Shown here in pieces: positions 27,101 through 38,500 of a stretch of 64,000 nucleotides of DNA (within the stretch, counting starts at the first letter, position 1; each line of letters opens with the position of its first letter). The notes beneath the pieces are model-generated. The model was not told where the DNA came from and ran no database searches. It saw nothing but the letters and a program-made list of their open reading frames with translations. The DNA is taken from NCBI RefSeq assembly GCF_964213995.1, contig NC_135823.1, positions 434,001 through 498,000 of the forward strand, written 5' to 3'. This stretch comes from Mustelus asterias. Lineage: Eukaryota. The position numbers and the translations under genes were made by a program.

Positions 27101-29972
27101 TGTACTCTACAAATGTTGCGCTTTGTATAGCACGCAAGATACAATACTTTTCACTGTATCCCAATACATGTGACAATAATAAATCAAATCTATATGGTCT
27201 ATGAACGGTATGCTTTGTCTTTATAGCGTGCAAGATACAATACTTTTCACTGTATCCCAATACATGTGACAATAATAAATCAAATCAAATCTACGTACTC
27301 TATGAACGGAATGCCTTGTCTGTATAGCGCGCAACAAACAATACTTTTCAATTGATCCCAATACATGTCACAATAATAAATGAATTCAAATCCACGTACT
27401 CTTTAAACGGTATGCTTTGTCTGTATAGTGCGCAAGAATCAATAATTTCCACATTAGCCCAATACATGTGACAATAATAAACCAAATCAAGTCAAATCAA
27501 ATTGATGGGGACTGACATTTAACTGTCATTCATGCCGCCATTGTTTCTTTTGCCAATCTATTTAAATTCTCGGCCCTCTCCGCCTTTGTGAATCGTTTCA
27601 TCTTCGCTGCTCTGTCCAGACTATTCAGGATTTTCACCACATTTCTCACATCTCCTCTTCACCTTCAGCTATTTCAGGAAACCAGCCCTCGCTTGTCAAC
27701 GCTGTCCAGTTGACTGAATTTCCTCATCTTTATGACCATTTAGTGAATATTTCTTTCTGCACTTTCTTCATGTTTCTCATAAATTGTGGTGCTATCAACT
27801 GAACACAGTTAAGACCGAATCAGAATTCTGCAAAATTTTGCGATTGATTTGATGTATCATTATTGTCACATCTATTGGTATGGAGTGAAACGTATTGTTT
27901 CTTGTGCACTATACAACAACACTTACATTTCACAGCATACATAGATTTGATTTGATTTGGTTTGATTTATTCTTGTCACACCTATTGGGATACAGTGAAA
28001 AACATTCCCTCTTGCGCGCTACACAGACAAAACATACCGTTCACAGAGTACATAGGGGAGAAATAAATGAGAGGATGCAGAATATATTGTCACCTTCACA
28101 GCGAGGGAGTAGAGGAAGATCAGCTTGATATAAGGTAAAAGCAAAATACTGCGGATGCTGGAATCCGAAAGAAAAACAGAAAATACTGGAAAATCTCATC
28201 AGGTCTGACAGCGTCTGAGGGTAAACACAGTAAGAAGTTTAACCCCACTTTACCCCAATCCAACGCCGGCATCTCCACATCAGCGTCTGAGGGGACAGAA
28301 TAGAACCAAAGTTTCGAGTCTATTTGACTTTTTGTTAGAGCTTTGAAGAAGGGTCATCTAGACTCGAAGTGTTGGCTCAATTCTCTACCCACAGATGCTG
28401 TCAGACCTTTTGAGATTTTCCAGCATTTTTTGGTTTGGCATAAGGTATGTCCATTCAAAAGTCTGATGGCAGCAAGAAGAAAAACTGTTCTTGTGTCGGT
28501 TGGTATGTGATCTCAAACTTTTGTATCTTTTTCCCGACGAAAGAAGGTGGAAGTGATAATGTCCGGGGTGAGTGGGGTCCTCGATTATGCTGGCAGCTTT
28601 TCTAAGGCAGCGAGAAGTGTAGACTTGCTTCACTCCTTTTCGATTCTGTGACTCGATTTCGAAATCTCTGGATCTTCTATGCTTTCCTAACCGCCTGTCA
28701 TCTCCAATGATTTGCAGGTGGCCGCGTGGTGGTAGTAGTGCTGCCTCACAGCGCCAGGGAGCCACGTTCGATTCCCGCCTTGGGTGCCTGTCTGTGTGGA
28801 GTTAGCACATTTCCCCCCTCTCGACATGTCTTTCCTTCGTGTGCTCTGCTTTTCCCCACAGTCCAAAGATGGGCAGGTTAGTTGGATTGGCCATGCTAAA
28901 TTGCCCCTCAGTGTCCATCAATGTGTGGTTTAGTTGGATTGGCCAAGCTACATTGCCCCTTAGTGTGCAGGAATTTGCGGTTGAGGTGGATTGGCCATGC
29001 TAAATTGCTCCTTGGTTGTCCAGAATGCGAATGTTAGGTGGATTTGTTATGCTAAACTGCCTCTTAGTGTCCCAAGTTGTGTAGGTTAGGGGGATTCGCG
29101 GGTAAATACGTGGGGTTACGGGCATCGGGCCTGGGGAAGATGAGAGTCGGTGAAGACTTGATGAAATTAATGTCATCCTTCTGCACTGTAGGATTGTATG
29201 ATTTGTATAGATTCACGGCGAGGCAATTATTTACCGTGCGACGGATGAGTTGGAATCGTTTCCAACAATCCAAGTTCAATATTTGCTCTAAATTCATATA
29301 AAAGAGAAGCATTGGGGGAGACGTAGTCCATTCAGCCCATCGAGTTCATTTCCATATGATCATGGCTGATTAATAATGATGTATAAAGTTACTGACATCA
29401 GGATGCAAAATTTAAATGAAACTTATGTATGAGGAGGTAGTTATAGATTGATCAATAGGCTTCCTGGAGCAAAATGAAGTAATTTATTAACCGCTTTTCT
29501 GGGCAAAGATGTCAATTTCACCTCTTGTCGATTGTCTGTTTGTAAGTTACCTGCAGTGTAGAACTGATCTCACCCCATTCCGAGATTCACTTCCCGAAAA
29601 GGAAGGTGGGAGCAAATAATAACCTTTAAAAGGGACATCACATCTTGACATGAAGGAGAAAACTTGAAAGGGCGAGGGGTAAAATGGTGGGCAGAATAGC
29701 ACAGCTCTTTCGAAGAGAGAGTCTCGGCATAATGAGCTGAATGAGATCGTTCTGGGTGCATTGCTCAAAGATCTTACATGTTTTCAGAAATATAAAGTGA
29801 AACGGGGAAGTGTGTATCAAAGACGAATACATTTTTGGCAGGTGCAATTCTAATGCAGTCTGACATATTTTAACAATTGAACGCACACCCACGCTCTGAT
29901 AAATATCTATCTATCTCACACATACGCTCAGATATTTATCTACACACGCACATAGAGACACAAACGCTGAGA

Positions 29973-30051
<79 letters not shown>

Positions 30052-32285
30052 ATTATATATCTCGATATACACGCGCTCAGGCATAGAACATTATAAACTC
30101 ACGCTCAGATATTTATCTATATACACACACACTCAGCTATAAAACTATATACACACACTCAGCTATAAAACTATATACACACAAGCTCAGATACATAACT
30201 ATATCCACAGACGTTCAGAGTTATACTTATGCACACACACGTCTCAGTCTGAGATCACCACCTACCTATTCAAGAACAGCTTCTTCCCTGCTGCCATCGG
30301 GCTTTTGAATGAATCTACCTTATATTAAGCTGATCTTTCTCTACACGCTAACTATGACTGTAACACTACATTCTGCACTCTCTCCTTTCATTCTCCCCTG
30401 CGGACTCTATGAACGGCATGCTTTTTCTGCATAGCGCAGAAGGAACAATACTTTTCAGTATATCCTATGTGACAATAATAAATCAAATGAAATCAAACGA
30501 ACATGCGATCAGATATATATCTGCACAAACACACACACACACACACAGACACAGACACACACACTCACACACACACTCATATATACTTATACACACACAT
30601 ATATATCCCCAGATGCCTGGGATCTACTAAATTAATCCAATTGACTCTAAAGTGGAACAAAAGTCTTCAATGTACAGAGTAGCATCTCACCTTTCCATTT
30701 TTCAGTTGCTTTGGGATTCGAAACACTCTTCGTCCAATATTGCCCTGGAGTCCCCAGTTCAACAATACAAGTACAGACAGCGCCGCTTTTCCAGGTTTCC
30801 CCCGACACCATGACGTGACTTCTGATGCTGTAGGTCCCGTCGCCCTCCATTGTCCCGGGATCACTCGATCCCTCAGTGACCAAGCCGGAAATATTCCAGA
30901 AAATAGCAATCTGGTTGGAAGAAACTCCACTGACCAAACACACTAAGGGCACGGTATCATTTACATCCAGCTCAGCCAGCGGGACAAATATCAGCACAGC
31001 CGTCTTCTTCGTAGAACTGTCTGGACAGAGATTGGGACACAGTTCACGATTAATTCACACCAAATGGTGTTGCTGTGCAGAATCTGAATTCATTTCACTT
31101 GCTCTCTTACCTCCAACCAGCAGTGTTGGTCCATTTTCGAGCGGTTGATAGCCACCCTTATGAGCACAGTAGTAGGAACCCGAGTCATTCGCCTGAACAT
31201 TGCGAATTTCCAGTAACAATTCACCTTTGCCGTGGCCTTTTTTTGAAATAAACTTACAACCGTCTCCCTGACAGGATTGGATATCGATTAGTTTCGGAAT
31301 TCCACCAACACTTTGTTTGTACCAGAAATAGCTAGCCACGAATTCCACCTCGTCGATGTGGTGACAGGTTAAATTCACCGTCTGTCCGACTTCAGCTGTC
31401 ATTGTGAAGGGCCTTTGAAGTAGAGAGGGCTCAGAATCTGTAACTAGAGAGGTATTTGACACATTACTACAGATTATTTCGACATAGAAAGCTGCCGTTT
31501 GAAAGCAAAAACGCCCGTAAGTTAAGAACAATCTCATTAATGTCTTCAATTATAACTCCTGAGATGTGCGGGTTAGGTTGATTGGCCATGCTAAAATTGC
31601 CCCTTAGTGTCCTGAGATGCATAGGTTAGAGGGGTGAGTGGGTAAAATATGTAGGGATGTGGAGGTAAGGCCTGGGTGGGATTCTGGTCGGTGCAGACTC
31701 GATGGGCCGAATGGCCTCTTTCTGTACTGTAGGGTTTCTATGATTTATTTTCCAAGTTGTGTTTTCTTCGCTTGAAAGGAGGAAACAGAAAATCCCTTGT
31801 ACCGATCACTAAGTCGCATTTGCAGTGCTGTAGCCGGGCGGCATGGTTGTTGGCACCATTGCTTCACAGCGCTCGGGACCCGGGTTCAATTCCTGGCTTG
31901 GGTCACTGTCTGTGCACGTTCTCCCGGTGCCTGCATGGGAGATTCCTCCCACTGTCCGAAACCCGTGGTGGTTCGGTGCATTGGCCGTGCGAAATTCTGC
32001 CTCTGTGTATCAGCACTGACGTGGGAGTGTGGCGACTCCGGGCTTTTCACAGTAACTTCATTGCAGTGTCGATGTAAAAGTAAAGATTATTTATCAGTCA
32101 CAAGTAAGGCTCACATTAACCCTATAATGATGTTACTGTGAAATTCCCCTGGAAGCCGACTTGTGACACGAATGCTTAAAAACTAATTTGGCTGCTGCCA
32201 TTTTAAATGTCTCACCTGGCAAATACTCACCATGAGCCCGCAACACGTGGAGAATGAGTATCAGGGATAAAGATTGCTGGGACAT
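21050..32285 (-). CDS. Spliced gene: non-rearranging antigen-receptor-like VJ-C1 type I membrane receptor with ITIM-like tail, 339 aa. Exons 32231-32285, 31111-31437, 30691-31020, 23605-23706, 23472-23502, 23202-23248, 21232-21281, 21050-21127
   Basis: All introns are GT-AG and phase-compatible. Exons total 1020 nt with no internal stop. Domains: leader MSQQSLSLILILHVLRAH; V (LTC...WYKQ...DSGSYYC...NGPTLLVG); C1 (PLVCLVSG...FWN...DGTYSIRSHV...TW...CTC); TM ISVGITVLVILILLLVLISVW; tail ending GPLYASLDLAALEKRSKKKNRK*. Confidence 0.85.
21232..21281 (-). CDS. Exon 7, cytoplasmic (GDHRQTDRNLKTQRGIQ)
   Basis: Acceptor ccatag|, donor CAG|gtgagt, 50 nt, phase 1 to 0. Confidence 0.75.
22170..22825 (+). 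mobile_element. CR1 3' fragment (intronic)
   Basis: RTEVRRNAFSQRVVNVWNSL. Confidence 0.8.
23202..23248 (-). CDS. Exon 6, cytoplasmic (LSERRQHEGRKERHT)
   Basis: Acceptor tttcag|, donor G|gtaggt, 47 nt, phase 2 to 1. Confidence 0.7.
23379..23406 (-). CDS. Candidate alternative exon 5b (VSICKLIPAV when used instead of 5a), 28 nt
   Basis: Acceptor aaccag|, donor |gtgagt, also phase 1 to 2; only 65 bp from exon 5a. Confidence 0.4.
23472..23502 (-). CDS. Exon 5a, cytoplasmic (EDRDRGSHNE), 31 nt
   Basis: Acceptor ttttag|, donor |gtgagt, phase 1 to 2. Confidence 0.7.
23605..23706 (-). CDS. Exon 4, stalk and transmembrane (EWCRQTISVGITVLVILILLLVLISVWRCKNGTS)
   Basis: Acceptor ctatag|, donor G|gtgagg, 102 nt, phase 1-1. 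About 21 uncharged hydrophobic residues followed by RCK. Confidence 0.88.
23970..26280. mobile_element. Cluster of CR1 3' fragments (about 23970-24480 -, 24755-25365 +, 25870-26280 +)
   Basis: CR1 C-terminal peptides (RGELREMYKIMR, TRGHNFKVRG) and 3' UTR motifs. Confidence 0.75.
26510..27500 (+). mobile_element. Rex1/Babar fragment whose 3' end is tandemly repeated four times (about 27100-27500)
   Basis: FRFLGVHMTKNLPWS...KKAHQCL; about 95-100 bp unit ending acatgtgacaataataaatcaaatc repeated. Confidence 0.8.
28137..28438. mobile_element. Palindromic (inverted-arm) Penelope-derived element with degenerate hammerheads and a nested pLTR mini-insertion
   Basis: Left arm is the reverse complement of the right arm around about 28340. 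The insert between the two copies of cagcgtctgaggg (28209-28221, 28281-28293) is pLTR sequence. Confidence 0.7.
28717..29205 (+). mobile_element. HE1/V-SINE-type tRNA-derived SINE with an internal 52-57 bp unit repeated about four times
   Basis: Pol III box A/B-like head, V-domain core, repeated gttggattggccatgctaaattgcccc. Confidence 0.8.
29973..30050. repeat. (TATC)n microsatellite
   Basis: Directly visible. Confidence 0.97.
30691..31020 (-). CDS. Exon 3, Ig C1-set domain
   Basis: Acceptor gtccag|, donor G|gtgaga, 330 nt, phase 1-1, 90-bp intron from the V exon. C1 hallmarks LVCLVSG, IFWN, DGTYSIRSHV, TW. Confidence 0.93.
31111..31437 (-). CDS. Exon 2, Ig V-set domain with germline-encoded J-like G strand
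   Basis: Acceptor ttacag|, donor G|gtaaga, 327 nt, phase 1-1. Canonical Cys, WYKQ and DSGSYYC; G strand LENGPTLLVG. Confidence 0.93.
32231..32285 (-). CDS. Exon 1, signal peptide (MSQQSLSLILILHVLRAH + G)
   Basis: ATG at 32285, hydrophobic core, donor G|gtgagt in phase 1 matching the V exon acceptor. Confidence 0.8.
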
Positions 32286-32299
32286 TTTGCAGAGGTGAG

Positions 32300-32410
32300 C
32301 AATATCTCCCTGTTTCCACTCACCAGTTTATTTTTGCTGAGCGGCCAAGGACTGACCTGGTCTCAGTCCCAGTTAATTGTTGCACTTTGAGATTGGGCGG
32401 AAACTATGAC
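32300..32410 (-). promoter_or_regulatory. Possible proximal promoter of the VJ-C1 gene
   Basis: Non-repetitive sequence upstream of the ATG with overlapping CCAAT and GC box (ccgcccaatc, about 32391-32400) and an A-rich element about 45 bp upstream of the ATG; motif-only evidence. Confidence 0.25.
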
Positions 32411-34469
32411 AAGAGACACAATGGAAAGTATGACACAATGCTGGTGGCGTAGCGCTACGGAATGCCACATGCATTTGACGCACTGTGGTCGCCGCCGTCG
32501 TGTCACAATGGTCAAGTGATAGAATATCCACGCAGAGTTTGACTCGTTTGTTGTTCCGAGGGGATCACAAGCTAATCATTGTGGGGATATGTGCTGAATA
32601 TGTAAGTTACAGTTTAATGTATTCTCAGAATGTGCGATACGGCGGCTGAGTTTAGAAAGATGAGGGCGGGGATCTCACTGAAACTTACAGAACACTGAAA
32701 AGCCTGGGTAGAGTGGATATGGAGAAGATCTTCAGAATAGAATAGAATAGAATGCAGAAGGAGGCCATTTAGCCCATCGAGGCTGCACTGACAATGACCC
32801 CACTCCGTAACGCCACCTTACACTCCGAGCCCGCCGACACTAAGGGGCAATTTTGCATGGCCAATCCAACCAACCCAAACATCTTTGGATTGTGTGAGGA
32901 AACTGGGGCACCGACAGGAATCCCATGCAGACGCGGGGAGAATGTGCAAACTCCACACATTCACCCAAGGCCGGAATTGAACCCGAGTCCCTGGTGCTGT
33001 GAAGCAGCAGTGCTAACCACTGTGCCACCGTCCATCAGTTGGAGAGACTCGCCTCCGAGTGCACAGACTCAGAGTAAAGGGTTGACCCTTTAGCACCGAG
33101 AAGAGAAGGAATTCCTTCAGCCAGGGAGACGTTAATCTGTGCAATTTATTGCCACAAAAGGCCGTGGAGGCCAAGTCATTGAGTGTATTTAGGACAGAGA
33201 TAGGTAAGTTCTTGATTGGTAAGTGGTTCAAAGATTTAGAGGAAAAGGCGGGAGAATGGGATTGAGAAACATATCAGCCATGATCGAATGGCAGAGCAGA
33301 CTCGATGCAGAATGGCGTAATTATGGTCCTTTATCCTATGGGCTTATGGCTTGGCCAACATGTATTAACCATCTCTATGATCCGATTGATTGATGGTGTT
33401 GAGTTGTCTTTTTAGAACATAGAGTATATATCATAGAAGTATACAGCACTTCGATGTTGTGCTGAACATGGCGGAAATTAAACTAATCCTTTCTGCCTGA
33501 CCTTGGTCCATACCAAAGATGTGCGGGTTAGGTTGATTGGCCATGCTAAAAATTGCCCTTAGTGTCCTGAGATGTGTAGATTAGAGGGATTAGTGGGTAA
33601 ATATGTAGGGTAATGGGGGTAGGGCCTGGGTGGGATTGTGGTCGGTGCAGACTCGATGGGCCGAATGGCCTCTTTCTGTACTGTAGGGTTTCTATGATTT
33701 CTATGATAACCCCCTGTTCTTTGCATATTCATGTCCTTATCTAAAATCCCCTTAAACGCCCCTATCGGATCTGCCTCCAACACCACCTCAGACAGCGCGT
33801 TCCAGACACTTAGCACTCTCTGTGTAAACAATTTGTTCCTCACTTCTCCTTTGAACTTTCCCCCTCTCACCTTAAGTGCATGCCCCTTAGTATTTGACAT
33901 TTCAAACCTGGGAAAAAAGGATTTTGAGTGCCAACTCTATTCATGACTATGATAATTTTTATAGACTTCTATCAGTTCTCCCCTCAGCCTTCACTGCTCC
34001 AGAGAAAACAACTTCTGCATTCTCTGTGGTCGTCCATGTGCTACATCAGCAGTGCTAAATAAGGAGCGAGGACCACCATTTTGACCACGCCGTAGTGAAG
34101 GAACGACAATAGATTTCCAACATATTGCCTCTGATTGGGAGGGGAGTTGATGGCGATGGTGTCCCCATGCATCCACTCTCTTTGTCCTTCAGGGCCAATA
34201 AGGTGTGGATTTGCAAAGTGAATGACAGGAATATAGATTGAATGTAATAGTACACACTATGAGCCATTCTGAAAAAAAACTTTATTTTTACAATTATTGA
34301 CATAGAAACATAGGCAACATAAGCAAGAAGAGCCCATTTGGCACTTTGAACCTGCTCCGCCACTCATTTTGGTCAAACCTAATCATCAAATTCAATGTCC
34401 TGATCTCCCCTTTCCCCCATATTCCTCTTTAGCCCCAAGAGCTATTTCTTCTAATTCCTCGAACTCCTT

Positions 34470-35522
34470 GTGGATTCAGAACTGGCTTGCCTGCAGAAAG
34501 CAGAGAGTGGTTGTCGACGGGTCTTTTTCTGAATGGAGGTCGGTCACCAGTGGATTGCCCCAGGGATCTGCTCTGGGACCCTTGCTGTTTGTCATTTTCA
34601 TAAATGACCTGGATGAGGAAGTGGAGGGATGGGTTGGTAAGTTTGCCGACGAAACGAAGGTTGGTGGTGTTGTGGATAGGTTGGAGGGATGTCAGAAGCT
34701 GCAGCATGACATAGATAGGATGCAAGACTGGGCGGAGAAGTGGCAGATGGACTTCAACCCGGATAAATGTGTAGTGGTACATTTTGGCAGGTCAAATGGG
34801 ATGAAGGAGTATAATATCAAGGGTAAGACTCTTAGCAGTGTAGAGGTTCAGAAGGACCTTGGGGTACGGGTCCATAGGACTCTTAAATCGGCCTTGCAGG
34901 TGGAGGATGTGGTTAAGAAAGCGTATGGTGTGCTAGCCTTCATCAATCGAGGGATTGAGTTTAGAAGTCGGGAGATAATGATGCAGCTTTATAAGACCCA
35001 CTTGGAGTATTGTGCTTAGTTCTGGTCGCCTCATTACAGGAGGGATGTGGAAATGATTGAAAGGGTGCAGAGAAGATTTACAAGGATGTTGCCTGGATTG
35101 GTTGGCATGCCTTATGAGGATAGGCTGAGGGAGCTCGGTCTTTTCCCCTTGGAGAGCCGAAGGATGAGAGGTGACCTGATAGAGGTGTCCAAGATGTTGA
35201 GAGGTATAGATCGGGTGGATTCTCTGAGACTTTTTCCCAGGGCTGAAATGGCCGCTCCGAGAGGACAAAAGTTCAAGGTGCTGGGGAGTAGGTACAGAGG
35301 AGATGTCAGGGGTAAGTTTTTCACTCAGAGGGTGGTGGGTGAGTGGAATCGGCTGCCGTTAGCGTTGGTGGAGGCAAACTCGATAGGGTCTTTTAAGAGA
35401 TTTCTGGATGAGTACATGGAACTTAATAGGATTGAGGGTTCGAGGTAAGCCTATATATAAGCCGAGGTTGGTCGGGACATGACCGGCCTCTTTGTGCTGT
35501 ATTTTTTCTATGTTCTATGTTC
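34470..35522 (+). mobile_element. CR1 LINE RT 3' portion
   Basis: SGLPQGSALGPLLFVIFINDLD...FADET; near-identical to 42360-42930. Confidence 0.9.
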
Positions 35523-38500
35523 CAAATCACAAAAAGTTTTGGCCTCAACAACTTTCTATGGTTGTGAATGTCACACATTGGCCCCTCTCTGGGTGAAGAC
35601 ATTTCTCTCCACCTCAGTTCTAAAAGGTTTACCCCTTATCCTCAAACAATCACCACTAGTTCTGTTCACCCCCACAATCAGGACCACTCTTTCTGTATCT
35701 CCTCTGTCTAAACCTGGTGGAACTTTATAAGTTACAGCGAGACCCCCTCTCACTCTCCTTAACGCTGAAGAATTAAATCCGAACCAACTTAGTCTCTCCT
35801 CACTTGACAGACCTGTCATCTCAGGAATCAGCCTGGTGCACCTTCGCTGTCCTTCCTGTATAGCAAGGACATGCTTCCCTCAGATAAGGGCAGCCAATAT
35901 TGTACACAACACTCCAGGATTATGTTTGAAATCACATAACGTTTTGGCCTCAACGACTTTATGTGGTAATGAATTCCACACTTTCATCACTCTCTGGGTG
36001 AGGAAATTTCTCCTCACTTCAGTCCAAAAACTGGGGCGGCACGGTCGCACAGTGGTTAGCACTGCTGTTTCACAGCACCAGGGACCTGCGTTTGATTCCC
36101 GGCTTTCGTCACTGTCTGTGTGGAGTATGCACGTTCTCCCCGTGCCTGCGTGGATTTCCTCCGGGTGCTCTGGGTTCCTCCCACATTCTGAAAGACGTAC
36201 TATTTCGGTGAATCGACCCGAACAGGCGCCCGACTGTGGCGACGGTGGGAGTTTCAAATTTCACAGTAAGTTAATTGCAGTGTTAATATAAGCCTTACTT
36301 GTGACGAATAAATTGACTTTAAACTTGAAAAGGTTTACCCATATCCTCAAGTATGATCCCTCGTACGTGACACAACCTGCTTGCACAGAAACTGGAAAAT
36401 ATTGGATGGACTGTGGGTGAATACATTTGAAATGCACAGTGGCGGCCTTAATGAGTTGTTTCGATGCTCCCTGTATGTAAAGAATGCACTGCTCGCTGAT
36501 TGAGGGAATAGTCATTTGTGAGTAAATCTGGGCATCTTTAACTTGTCTTCCAAACTGGGCCTTGAATAAACACATGGACCTAGTGTCGTATTTATGAGGA
36601 CACTGTACATAAGGTCATTCATACAATAACCTGGTCTTTGTTCGTTGTATCAAAGCTGGCAGCAGACAGTCTGCTGCTTGCGGTTTCAAGCTGAGAGCCA
36701 AGCTGTGCCCTCGGCTGGCAGCTCTGTGCGTGCAGCGTCTCAACGGTGAAAACAAGCAAACCACTGAGAGTTTCTGGCTCGAATAATTTCCCATCATTGG
36801 TGTAAAGTGGATGGAATCTTGCCTAGCGACTTCCGCCCCTCGATGTCCTCTGTCCACCTCAGAACATGCGAGCCGTCCTTGTGTGGGTAGAAGCTAACAG
36901 CCGTGGCCAGAGCTAATGTGCCTCTTTGCTGAAACGTCAAACCCTCTGTTGCAGGGTCGACTGACTCACTTCATTTTCATTCGAGGTCATGCACTTATGC
37001 AGGGCAATTCAGGCACTCAATTCCCGGTAATGTCAGAAGCCATTCGACAAATCCCTTTATATTAAAGAAGGAGAGGCGATGGCCGAGAGGCATTATCGCT
37101 GGACTATTAATCCGGACACTCAACTAGTGTTCTGGTGACCCTGGCTCTAATCTCGCCACGTTAGCTGGAGGAGTATGAATTCAATGAAAGATATCTGGAA
37201 TTCAAAGTCGACTGATGACCATGAAACCAATGTCGATTGTCAGGAAAAACCCATCCACTTCGCAAATATCCTTTCGCGAAGGAAATCTGCTGCCCTTATC
37301 TGTTCTGGCCTACATGTTACTCCAGACTCACGGCAATGTGGTTGACTCTCAGCTGCCCTCGGGCAAATAGGGATGCGCAAAAAGTGCGGGATAACCAGCG
37401 ATGCCCGTGTCCCATGAATGTATGATCTTTTTGTGGCAACGTGCGTTCCCCATCATTATACTGAAGATTATGTGACATGGGTTCCTGAGTGGTCTGACAG
37501 AGGATTTGCACGTTTCACTGAATTCACAGCAGAACAAGGTCATGTTTCCAATGAGAGAATCCAATAAGCAGCAACATTTGCCCCATTAACAGCACCAAGT
37601 GTTTTGTCTGTTAGAATGATGCATTTTGACCCTTTGCAATAAGTGCCACTTCGATCGGGATTCTACTCTGTTTTCTCATTGGAATTTCAAGTCTTAAAAC
37701 AGTTGATTAGGTGAGGACTGATGTTTAGCAGGCACATTTTAAAATAAATGTTTTTTTTAATGTGCATTGATTTTGAACACCACTTGTAGCTCGTTTGTTT
37801 TTCCCTCAGAAATCTGACTGAACAGATCCCTCAAGGAAAAGTGAGCGAATGATCCATTTCATAATGTTGACCAGTAACATTGTTACTCTTTTGGTCGAGA
37901 GCTTCACCTTTCTCAGTGTGCAGATCACCAGCAATCTGTCCTGGTCCCTCCACGCCGATGCTATCGTCAGGAAAGCCCACCAACGCCTCTACCTTCTCAG
38001 ATGACTGAGGAAATTCTGCATCTCTGCTACGCCTCTCACTAACCTTTACAGATGCATCATAGAAAACATCCTTTCCGAATGTCTCACAGATTGGTATGGC
38101 TCCTGCTCTGGCCAAGACTGCAAAAAACTACAAATGGTTGTAAATGAGGCCATCTGCATTTTATTGTTATCAGATAATTTAATGGAATCTGATTAACTCA
38201 TTTAACTGTCACATTGGCAATTCCTGGAATAGGCTGTGGTGCATCAGCCACTGGACACTTCTAGTTGAAGTTTCTTACAACAGATTCAGCCTTGCATTTT
38301 GCACTGATGTGCTGGGCGCCGCCGTCATTGAGCTTAAAATATGATTGGAGCTTCCCAACCTGTTAACTGTCGTATTTAATACCTCTATTCCCGACTGAAT
38401 GGAGCAGGACTGCAGTTCACAACGATCTGCTCATTGTGGGGCCATTTAGCTCTGTCTATCGCATTCTGCGTTCGCTGTTTGTCACACAAGTCTTCCTGTG

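Noticed and set aside
27100-27500. CRISPR-like regularly spaced repeats
   Set aside because: Eukaryotic context; the whole unit repeats without unique spacers and derives from a LINE tail.
31055-31549. Rearranging TCR/Ig V gene segment
   Set aside because: The G strand is in the same exon, I saw no RSS, the C1 exon is 90 bp away, and the TM lacks the charged residues of TCR chains.
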